The position numbers and the translations under genes are program-made. The notes under the pieces were generated by a model. The model saw only the letters and a list, made by a program, of their open reading frames with translations, was not told the DNA's origin and searched no databases. Positions 28,801 through 39,239 of a DNA stretch of 64,000 bases are shown piece after piece (position 1 is the first letter of the stretch; each line of letters opens with the position of its first letter). The DNA comes from Euprymna scolopes (lineage: Eukaryota), in NCBI GenBank assembly GCA_053919585.1, contig CM132806.1; one strand, written 5' to 3'.

Positions 28801-29409
28801 AAGTAACCCCATAAGCACCGAGAAAAATTAATTTATGTATATACTATTAACTTTTTTTCCTCTCTCATTTAATTTAAGTTTTTCTTTTTTTGAGATGTTC
28901 CAACTAAAAAGATTTTTTAAAGAGTTCGAACACTAACTCGCTTGGATATATGTTAACTATGGTGGTCTGCCCTATTCAATTGGTTTAAAATAAAATATTA
29001 CTATTTGAATATCGCAAATCATTTATTCAAAATGATGCTATTTATAACTACTCTCTCCTCCACACTAAATCTGCCAAATAAATCTACCCGTCACGTCTAC
29101 ATTTAACAGAAGCCACTCTCACTAGTAGAGTTTATGCTGCCGTAAAGTGATTCACTAACGTATGTATTTGAAATGTGTAAGACTATTTTAACGAAGTCAG
29201 CTATTTTAAAGAAACTATGCTAAACGTTTCTGTGCCCCAAATATTTTGGACAAGTAACAATCAACGAAATATTTTATTCATGGATTAATTTTTTACGTTG
29301 TCTTATTTCAGCTCGTATGAGGTTAACTTATCTTTGTTTCTTTTTAAAAAAATGGCTATTGAACTTATATCAAGTACAATCCTTAGTTGTTGTTTATGGA
29401 AACGAGATC

Positions 29410-30220
29410 ACGCATTGTTCATGCGTTGTCGACAGCCTCTGCTAACCTCGCTTCTCTTTATTTGTACCTCAGTCTTCGTCTCGGATAGCGATATTTCTGG
29501 CAAAGGGAAAAGAGGCACAACACTAGTTCGGCAGTCGCTTGGTATTCTTTTTTCTTACTATTTTATCTTCATGTTCATGTCACTAATAAGGGTGCTGGAT
29601 GTAAACTGAAGGTAAATTGGGCTGACGTTATCTTCCTAATAGACAGAGGCCTGTACCTTGGATTAACACTTCAAGAAGCCGTCTTATCAGCAGGTGATAA
29701 GTACTGAGGCTGCTGTATTACCATTTGGCGAATGGATTCTGGATCATGCACTAGTTTCTGACGGAACTTCTCGATGTCGTATTCGTAGGTAATATTACGG
29801 CATAACTTTTTCATGGTCTAAAAATATTTCTCCGCCTTCTCTTTCTGCCTGTCGGTATGTCTGTTTGTCTCTCTCTCTATCTATCCATCTATCTATCTAT
29901 CTATCTATCCATCTATCTCTGTCTATCTCTGCCCCGCCTTATCCATCTCTACCGATCTTATCAGCAAATCCTCATATCCGATCATGAAAAATCTCAAAAA
30001 GCAAAACAAAAGTAAACTCAGAACTCCCACCTTCAACGGAAATCCCCACTACTAGATTTACTATCAGAGGTCTACGTTCCAACGGCCCAGAAAATCCAAT
30101 TACAGGAGACCAAACAAAAACATTGCTAAGGCTGTTTGTATCTGGAATTAGACCGACTGTTTCCCTTCGTAATCAAAGTATACTCTGACTTTACATCCAA
30201 ATCAGACCTCTAAGATCGTT
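29410..30220 (+). mobile_element. CR1/L2-like LINE 5' end (5' UTR and start of endonuclease)
   Basis: Collinear with 7500-8250; contains IRGLRSN and LQETK. Confidence 0.75.
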
Positions 30221-30656
30221 TTGACGAAGGATTAGTCGTCGTCGTCGTCGTCGTCGTCGTCGGAGACATCGGAGTTGTATTTGTTAATCTGTTTAAGAAT
30301 AATCTTAATTTAAAAATTGCATATATTTGGGAGGTAAGCTCTCCAATATATAAATACATACACAATGCGGAATTTTAAAACACCACTAATGTACACGCAG
30401 TGTGTCTCATGGTAAAAGGAGGCAGCTTTCTTGATGTTTGTTTATTGTCGAAGTATTATCTATTTCTTTTCTCCTCCCTTCCTCTTTAGTGTTGAAGGTC
30501 GACTGAACACATGGAATAAATAATTACAACAATGAAGTAAAATAGAACAGATATATATATATGTTATTTTAATTGGAAGTCATTAAGAAGTATATTATTT
30601 ATTAATTTATTTATATATTGCGGACTATTCTATTATCCTCATCTTTCTTAGTTGTA

Positions 30657-30704
30657 TTTCACGACGTTTCGTTCAACTATTCTTTTGACCTTCGTCAGGT
30701 GATT
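30657..30704 (-). ncRNA. Minimal (Penelope-type) type I hammerhead ribozyme motif
   Basis: Minus strand UCAC-CUGACGA-A-GGUCAA(aagaauag)UUGAAC-GAAAC-GUC-GUGA: core boxes present, 4-bp stem I, stem II with one mismatch, stem III reduced to palindromic ACGU. Confidence 0.6.
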
Positions 30705-31809
30705 ACCGCGACTGGATAGAAACTCCGAATCTCCTAACTGCATTCTCAGCAATCACTGCCATCCATAGTTGTTTTCGTCTCACAACGTTTTGGCAAAGTA
30801 ATCCAATTAAATCATATTTAGATCTCTTGATGTCATGAAGGCAGCAACGTCGCCGGCGGCGGCGGCGACGTTGGCGGCGGTGGCGATAAAGAATCGGCAA
30901 GCTACTGTGAACAATTATAATATACATTCATACGCACATACAATCATGGAGTTTTATATGTAGAATAAAGGTGCGTGTTTCCAATTGCAATAATCATTAT
31001 TCTATTGTCAGCTCAGTCGTAACAATTTTTTTTTTTAATGTTTCTATTTACATTGTAGATGAAGGGGATTTCTATTGCCAAGACATGCCTTATCTTAACT
31101 TATATTTATATTCTATAGCTCGTCTATTAAATAGATACTTATTAGCCGCAGTTTGTACTCAGGTTTCAAGTGATCTATATTAAGTAGCTACTATATCTTT
31201 CTTTCGGTTAGATGCATAAAAGTACTGTCGATTTTCTTTACATGAAAACAATTAAAACACATTTCGAATGGTACGTAAACCTTTTTATCCTAAAAGTTTT
31301 TCAAATTTATTATTAATCAACAAACCATATTTAATCTTTGCTGAACCTTAGTAGTGTAATCTACACCCCATACTCACTCATACCTCCATTCAAAACTTAT
31401 CACATCTTCAAACTTGATATGCATTCTCTTTGATAATGACTCTATCAATCCTAATTATCTTTGCGAGGCATAAAAAATACATGGATTTGAAACCAGGAGC
31501 GGGGATAACCCTCTCGGTGTTGATGGACCCGTAGATCTGATCAGATCATCCATCTACAAGAAAGAACACTTCAATATGAAAAACTATGCCTCTGGCCTCA
31601 TACGTCTTGACACCAAAGGAGGGAGGGATAGATCTTGATTCATTTACGACAGCTTATCAAAGTTGGTGACACGATCAAATCACTCGTTCGCAAACCCAAA
31701 CTGCCCCAAAAGTATATAGGCTCTGCAGAATGTCCGGCTTCAATACTCCTTATTTGCATATTAGACATAAACACAATTCCGGTAACTGGGACTTATTAGT
31801 TACTAGTAC

Positions 31810-32094
31810 TAGCGGGGGTACCCGGCGTTGCCCGGGTGTTTGAAGGTGTGTGTGGTGTTAAATAAAAAAGAACCCTGGGGGGAGGGGGTAGGATCGCACC
31901 CGAAGCCCTGAGACGAAGTTTGAATATAAAATCGCCCAGCCAGAATGAGTTAGTGAAAGATGTTTGAATTTATTTAAGTGATAACCAAATTGACAGGTGC
32001 GCGCCCGGAAGTCGTCGAGCGTTACGACGACGACGACGGCGTCAATTACCAGGTTTGTTTGTTATAAGCGAAGTAAAAAAAGAAAACATATAGA
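31810..32094 (-). mobile_element. Non-autonomous Helitron (3' end clear, 5' end uncertain)
   Basis: Reverse complement reads CCCGGGCAACGCCGGG..CTAG|T, the same 3' end as at 37148. Confidence 0.7.
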
Positions 32095-32433
32095 TATGAC
32101 AAGAATTTTGCTATATTCTAGAGTTCAAAATTTTATTTATCTTTTTCCAATATTTTTTATTACCCAAATCAGAAAATAAAGTTGATAATTTACAAATCAA
32201 TGTTTGTATATCAGTTTTTGATATTTCCGTCAGTGATCTCTTAGGAAAAGAGAGAGTTCAATACCACAAGAGGAGACTTATCCGGATAAGACCAAGGTCA
32301 ACAACTTTTATTGGAGCTTATACAATAGGACAAAAAGAGTATGAAATGAAGTCACAAAACTATATATTGGTAGATATAGAATAGATTATTTATTGAATAA
32401 TGGAATACAAGCAAAATTTGGGGGATATAAGGG

Positions 32434-32483
32434 ACTCTTTATGCCAGGGCATTTCGAAGTCTAATGCTTCTCATCAGAAGAGT
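32434..32483 (-). ncRNA. Canonical type I hammerhead ribozyme
   Basis: Minus strand ACUCUU-CUGAUGA-GAAG(CAUUAGA)CUUC-GAA-AUGC(CCUG)GCAU-A-AAGAGU: all core nucleotides present, perfect stems I (6 bp), II (4 bp, G10.1-C11.1) and III (4 bp); AUA cleavage triplet. Confidence 0.88.
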
Positions 32484-32549
32484 AGAGAACGTGCTAGGTA
32501 GCATGGGAAAGATGGGACGTCTATCGTAGGGTTCATTAGGGACGAAAAA

Positions 32550-32950
32550 GATTAAGAGGAATTATAGAATGTTGGGTGAAGATTTATTGAATTCTAAATA
32601 AATAAGGAGAAGTTGTTATATATAGTATGATATATAAGATTGTATATGGTCTTTAACATAGTGTTGAGATTAAGGGGTATATGTATTATGGTTAAATTGG
32701 GGTTGTATTGTTGCTGCGTGGTAATTTATTTTAACGGTTTGTGGTGTGTCTATTTTCTATGGAGTTGTAATTTGGACTGGCGCAACCTAAAATGCAAATG
32801 ACGGCTATAAAATCGCTTATAATTTTTTTTGGGGGGATTAAATGTTGTAAAATTGAAAGGTAATATGCGGCAATATTTTTAAGTTTCTTCTGTTATGATA
32901 TAGGGAGTATGATTATAAGGGGGCGGTCGGAGATGAGGATGGCAATGGCT
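32550..32950 (-). mobile_element. Decayed Penelope-like GIY-YIG region upstream of the hammerhead
   Basis: YKRFYSRHLHFRLRQ (~YIGxTxRxLxxRxxEH) and FSLFI*..LHPTFYN (~ESLxIxxxxPxLN), in the same orientation as the hammerhead. Confidence 0.4.
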
Positions 32951-33164
32951 ATGAGTTCGTTTAACTTGATGCAAAAGGTTAAGGTTACATATAGATGGCA
33001 AGGTGGAAGAGTAAGGAAACCATTACTACTTATGAGAGTGGTAAAATATACCAAATAATAGTAGGGTAATTATAATAGTACGAAAGATGATAGTAATGAA
33101 AATTATACTAATAGTAGTAATAATAGAGATGAAAATGACATAGAAATAAAATTGAAGATAAAAT

Positions 33165-33342
33165 AAAGATAAAGATAAAGACAAAATTAAAGATAAACAT
33201 TAAAAATTGAAAATAAACGTTGAAAATGAAAGAAAAACATTAAAAATAAACATTAAAATTTACAAATAAACATGAAAAATATTATTTTTAATGTTTATTT
33301 TTAATGTTTATTCTTAAGTTTGTCTTTATCTTGATCTTTATC
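33165..33342. repeat. AT-rich inverted repeat built from short (ataaacattaaaa) units
   Basis: gataaagacaaa..ataaacattaaaaa is mirrored by tttttaatgtttat..tttgtctttatc. Confidence 0.7.
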
Positions 33343-33352
33343 TCGGCTGGCA

Positions 33353-33711
33353 TGTTGTATATTATGACGCCCAGTAGTTGTTATTCGGCTATACTCTTCT
33401 CACGCACTTTCTATCGGCACATCCGATCGTCGTCAGGAGCGATTGCTGTTGTTGTCGTTGTCTTTTTTTAAGGTATATTTAAAGTTAGTTTTGTTTTTAT
33501 TGGTTATACATGTGGGTGCAGGATGGGTAAGGCGAATTATTTTTGTTTCTAATATTGATTTTCTTATTTTATATTTTATTTAACAGTAATTGACTTTAAA
33601 CATTTATTGACAACATAAAATATCGCTACTGACAACGATCAGATGTACTGACAGAAAGCGCTTGAGAGAAATATGGCTGAACGACAACTACTGGGCCCTA
33701 TAATTACAACA
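33353..33711. mobile_element. MITE with ~90-bp imperfect terminal inverted repeats
   Basis: 33353-33443 pairs with the reverse complement of 33622-33711 (TGTTGTA...TACAACA). Confidence 0.85.
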
Positions 33712-34176
33712 TTCAAATAAAAATAAAGACGACCGCTTGGCGAATTGAAAAGATATCCAACTAAATCGCAAAATGAAGAACTATGTCGTGTTCAATCAGA
33801 TGTGCATTTATATATCTATCTATCTATCTATATATCTATAAAAACAGAGATGTGTGTGCCACAGACGATTTCTGATTGGTTAATCCAATAATCACATCTC
33901 CTAAAAAACAATCGTTTCTACGCTCTTACCTTTACCATAAAATATTATGGCTTTATTTATTGTCCATCTTGGAAGGGTGTAATTTTTTAATAACTTCTTA
34001 TTTACAAATAAAAAAATACGAAACTATTATACCAAACTAAACTACACGAAACGCGCACACACGCACACACACACGTTCACTACCGTCACGTTGTTATGGC
34101 AACCAAACCCGCTGACTACACAGTAAATGTGATTTTCTTCATTTTCTCATTTTACTCGTGGTCTTAAATTTATTTC

Positions 34177-36041
34177 GGGTTTGTATTACTGTACACATAG
34201 ATTCGAATAAGTTGCCAAAAAACAAATATATAACAAATAAATGTTATCAAAGGCAAGATAAATTACTTTTCTACCAAACTGGATATATTTTTCGTGTTTT
34301 TATTCAATTTAACATGTTTATTCAGCTCGAAAAGCATACAGTGTTTACCGATGTATTGAAAAATTCAAGATGGCGGCCGATTCTCTCTTTAACACGGTAA
34401 GTTTGGAAAAAGGTGTAATAAATAAAAAACCGGTTAAAATACTGTTAAAAACTCGCTCAATATATGTTACCGTGACATAGGTTGACATATATTCGGCGGG
34501 TTTTTAATAGTATTTTGTATAGTTTTTTATTTATAACACCTTTTCCCAAACTTACGGTGTTAAAGAATGTGTGAGACGCCATCTTGAATTTTCCAACACA
34601 TCGGTAAACACTATATTCTTTTCGCGCTGAATAAACATGTTAAATTGAATAAAAACACGAAAAATATATCCAGTTTTTATCGGTTTTTTACCTTCTCTGC
34701 AGAAGTACAAAAAAACGGAAGGTACTTTTACAGAATGTTAAACTATTCTTTCGAAGAAATTTAGCAAGAATACCTGTAAACCAGGAAATCGGTAAAATGT
34801 CATCATGGATGAATACTTGTCTATTATAATTTCTACCCTTGACAAAAACTTAGCCATAACAAAAAAGATTTATTGTTCAGATTGTTTTTGAGATTGATTT
34901 CTAAAAAGATATTTTATAAATAAAATCGACTTTAAAATTAAAGACTTAAATTACAATAATTGAATTTAAACATTCTTATTTCAATATTTGGCACATAACA
35001 CCTGCAAAAATGATCACAATGTCAGGATTTCATTTTATTTCAGAATCGATGGCAAATTGTGTAGATTGATATCTCATTATATTAAATACTAATATTTAAC
35101 ATTAGTTTATCATTTAAGCCGATAAAAAGCCCCCTTTTTTTTTTCGAGTCATAAAAGGATTTGGAGTTTCCTAATCAACCTTTCGGGTGCAGTTGCACGC
35201 TCTCAAAATAACTAAAGTGTTGGATTTAAAAAAATTGGTTCATTAAAACTAAACAGGTTTAGTTTAAAAAAAAAAAAAATAAATTTTTTAAATCGCTTTG
35301 GTAATTAGATATGTCGTATGGTTATCCCTAATCGCTGAATAAAACCGCTAACGAGTTGAATGATTACGACATAAAATTAAACTCGGGTTCCTGAAACGGA
35401 AACTTCGTTTGTTTTTGTTTTTTTCTTATCAATATATTTACATTGTTATTTTGTTTTCATTTTCAATCATTCGAACAGTTTTCTTTTTCAAGTAATCCAA
35501 GTTACAAAATTCCCACTGTTTACTATGCTAAAATCACAATGACTAATGTATACCTATTAACCCTTATCCTTGAGTGACACCCATGTAAAAAAAAAAAATC
35601 ACTCGAACAGTTTTCTTTTTATAATGTACAGTTTTAAAAGTTTAAAAACGATATAGTTTTTACTTCAGGAAAATTAATGGGTCAGTTTTTACGATGTGCC
35701 CTGTTAAAATACTGTTAAAAACTCGCTCAATATATGTTACCGTGACATAGGTTGACATATATTCGGCGGGTTTTTAATAGTATTTTGTATAGTTTTTTAT
35801 TTATAACACCTTTTCCCAAACTTACGGTGTTAAAGAGGGTGTGAGACGCCATCTTGAATTTTCCAACACATCGGTAAACACTGTATGTTTTTCGAGCTGA
35901 ATAAATATATTACATTGAATAAAAACACAAAAAATATATCCAGTTAGGTAGAAAAGTAACTTATCTTGCCTTTGATAACATTTATTTATATATTTGTTTT
36001 TGACTATTTTTTCGAATCTATGTGTACAGTAATACAAACCC
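34177..36041. mobile_element. Foldback element: ~290-bp inverted arms with a duplicated centre and right arm
   Basis: 34276-34676 is a ~400-bp hairpin; 34433-34676 is directly repeated at 35703-35945; 34177-34430 is the inverted copy of ~35790-36041 (mirrored ORFs 34158-34400 + and 35822-36058 -). Confidence 0.9.
35489..35598 (+). mobile_element. Tiny 5'-truncated CR1/L2-like 3' end with polyA and ~22-bp target-site duplication
   Basis: taacccttatccttgagtg..tgtaaaaaaaa matches 13780-13840; flanked by tca(t/c)tcgaacagttttcttttt at ~35467 and ~35599. Confidence 0.7.
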
Positions 36042-36062
36042 ACGATATGAATACTCACGTTG

Positions 36063-36126
<64 letters not shown>

Positions 36127-36724
36127 GAGATTATAGCAGTTAAAAAACATTTTTAAAACACACACACACCTTTTTCAAAGTGATCAGAAATCGTATAAAA
36201 GTAAAAAGGGTAAATTTTTACTTACTTTCCAACTTAATCACCTTTAACGTGACTTTTACCGTTTTTTTTAAATGGAATTCATTTACCGATACAAAAGAAA
36301 TGATAAGTAAATAAATCCATAAATAAATATTATAAATGGTTTATTTTAATACTTGCCAGGATGCGGAGGAAAATGAATGAAGGGGGAGGGGAATAAAATA
36401 AAAACATTTTGGAAACAGAGTAAGTTTGAAAGAATTGCTTTGCACAGAAAGAAATTAATGAAAAAATAAAATTAAATTTCTTTTCTTTCTTGATTTTTTT
36501 TTAGTTTTTTATGAAAAAGGAAGTCAAAATTAAGACTATAAAAAACAATTTTTATCAGGAGCGAACCTCAGTCGTCAGGTCTGTAAAAAAAAGACGTGGA
36601 ATAATAAATGTTTTCTAATACAAATTGTTTTTACTTATGTGTCCATTTGTCTCTTTGAAGTTCGTTTGTTTAATATATCGGTTTGCAATATAATTTTGTC
36701 ATTCTGTCAGACTCAAATTTTAAA

Positions 36725-37148
36725 TCTATATATCTATAAAAGTGAAAGTGTGTGTGTGTGTGTGTGTGTGTGTGTCTGTGTACATTTCCCTACGAAATAA
36801 CTCTGTCAATTTTTAGTCTACAGACTCGAAATTTGATATACAGGGTACTGAGATTTGGAAAAATCTATGTGATCGGTTTTTAGCCAGAAATTTGGCGATT
36901 AAGGGGTCAAAGTTCAACGATTTGAGCTTTGAGAACTCTACCAAACTTCTCCGACAATTTTGGGTCTACACACTTGAAATTTTAGATATAGCTTCCGTGG
37001 ACATGGATCTAACTTAATAACTTGATTTGAGCCCACAACAATAAATTTTCAGGGGTCATAATAGGGGTCAAAGTTTAAAAAATTACCCCCTTTTTTTTGC
37101 TCAGCATACACCTCCAAACACCCGGGCAACGCCGGGCACCCATGCTAG
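36725..37148 (+). mobile_element. Non-autonomous Helitron (complete termini)
   Basis: A|TC 5' end, (TG)n, 3' hairpin CCCGGGCAACGCCGGG, CTAG|T; collinear with 51921-52388. Confidence 0.88.
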
Positions 37149-37876
37149 TACATATATATATATATATGGGTAAATAAATAGATAGATAGATAGATAGATA
37201 TGACATTTAGTAAATTAAAGTGTTAATTTACAATATATTTGTCAACCCCATCTGCTAGTAGAATAGTAAACAATAATAATTCGATTTTATCATTGATTAT
37301 TAATTATTTTTACTCTAATTTTTGGGAAATCTAATGTGTTTTGATGATTATAGAAGTAATTGTTTTCTAAATGAACTAAAGTGCTATGTTATATTAAGTT
37401 TAGAGCTCAAGATGTATACTCGATATAATGCAAAGTGATTTAGATTTCTGCGAGCAGTATAATTATCATTTTCTGCATAATAATAATGAAAACGTACACA
37501 TGAAAAATCTAATGCCTGACGATATAAAAGATGTCGTGGTCTAATATTTGTATATACAAGTATTATAAGCCTCTTTAAGAAACTTACAATTGAACCGTAT
37601 TGGTGAATTAAAAATATAGAAGCGAATTGTCGCTGTTTGATTATGACAATCCCGTGTACATTGTTTCAGAAACACCTTAATATATTTCCAGAACACTTTA
37701 AGAAACACCTTAATATACTTCTATTTAAATGAAACATTATAGTTGGTCTTGTTGAATTCGTTTGAACCCCGAGAATAGCAGTAATTATCACTCCCTAATT
37801 GATGTTTTCGAAAGTGTAAAACACTATTGTCTATAGACATAAAATATTAATATCTATTGTGAAAGTATAGTTAGAC

Positions 37877-37921
<45 letters not shown>

Positions 37922-39063
37922 ATATATATGCAATTGTTAGTGCTCAATGATATAGTTGAGTATGATATTTGTTAGAGATACGTTGTGTTCCTCTTATAGA
38001 ATGTTTCAAGCTATTTTTCTCATCTAGAAAATGCGACATTACAACCTTCAAGCTTTATGTAGTTCTGAGTTTTAATGCTTCATTAACGGACAAAGAATTA
38101 ATTCAAAACAAATATGCTAACTAAATCGTATTTTCTTCAGGTATAAATCGACAATCTTTCTGCCGAACTCAGGGATCTGCACAAAATTCCGAGAAGAACT
38201 GTTTATTTAATCCACGGGGATAGGAGTCTCTCGTTCTGTAAGCAATGACTGCGTAGGAGTTTCAAGTAATTTATGTCCCAAGCACCGATCCATTGCGTAG
38301 TAGATGTATTTGTAAAATCCAGTTGCAACTTACATCTTGTGAAGATTGAAGCTAAATCGTTAAGGCAGGAAACAGAATACAATTTCAAATTACTTCGGAC
38401 TTCTACCCAGACTGGCTTGTCAAAATGAGAGCATGCTACCTTCGTGAATAGAATAAAGGATTTCGCTCTGCGCAGATTCACAAGTTCGACAGAAAGATGC
38501 AAGAGTTCGACAAGATACACACGTAGGTTGCATCGATCAAAGCATTGTGAAAAAAAAACTCAAGAACATTAGTCATAAGAATCCAAATATTACGAATAAC
38601 CAATTCTCATCTTAAAAAAAAAAACGTCGAAGGCAAATATACTCAAATTTGCCCAGTTAATAAAAAATAGAAGATAATTTTCTTGACATTTATTTAGTAA
38701 ATGTAGATACATCTTATAAAATCGCCAATTCAAGTCTTCATCTTATGCGAACGTGTAATTAAGTAAATATTCGATTGATAATTGTTCAGTAGCCTTTACG
38801 CGTAGGTGCGGCACGTTCAAATTCAAAAATACCTTTGATCGGTATCGATTAGAAATTATTAATTACTATCATCAAAAATATTTCAATAACATTTTCCCAA
38901 TTTTTGTAGGTGGAGTTCAGTTCGATATTTTAATTCGATATGTAATTTTTAGCGTCAACAGACACTTGATTCGTACAGTATAATAATTATTATCTGGGAT
39001 CCACATAAAAACAATATCATGTGCCCATGGATATTTGTTTGTCCGCCCAAATAAATAGAAATC

Positions 39064-39216
39064 NNNNNNNNNNNNNNNNNNNNNNNNNNNNNNNNNNNNN
39101 NNNNNNNNNNNNNNNNNNNNNNNNNNNNNNNNNNNNNNNNNNNNNNNNNNNNNNNNNNNNNNNNNNNNNNNNNNNNNNNNNNNNNNNNNNNNNNNNNNNN
39201 NNNNNNNNNNNNNNNN
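39064..39216. other. Assembly gap (N run)
   Basis: Read directly. Confidence 1.
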
Positions 39217-39239
39217 TTACTCGTAGGAGTCCCAATATT

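Noticed and set aside
29620-29740. HDV-like ribozyme in the LINE 5' UTR (ggcgaatgg)
   Set aside because: No P1/P3/L3 (UCCUCG-like) arrangement found, and the motif is absent from the 7.8-kb copy.
31010-31560. Plus-strand Penelope-like remnant with a third hammerhead near 31537
   Set aside because: Peptide similarity is marginal, and the core reads CUGAUCA without a proper stem II-GAAA junction.
31808-37150. Single 5.3-kb transposon with ~45-bp terminal inverted repeats
   Set aside because: Both ends are Helitron 3' termini (hairpin plus CTAG) of oppositely oriented copies, and the same end occurs alone at 7.4 and 52.4 kb.
38225-38285. CCN/TSP1-like peptide GIGVSRSVSNDC
   Set aside because: Lacks the WSxCS motif, is flanked by stops and is too short.
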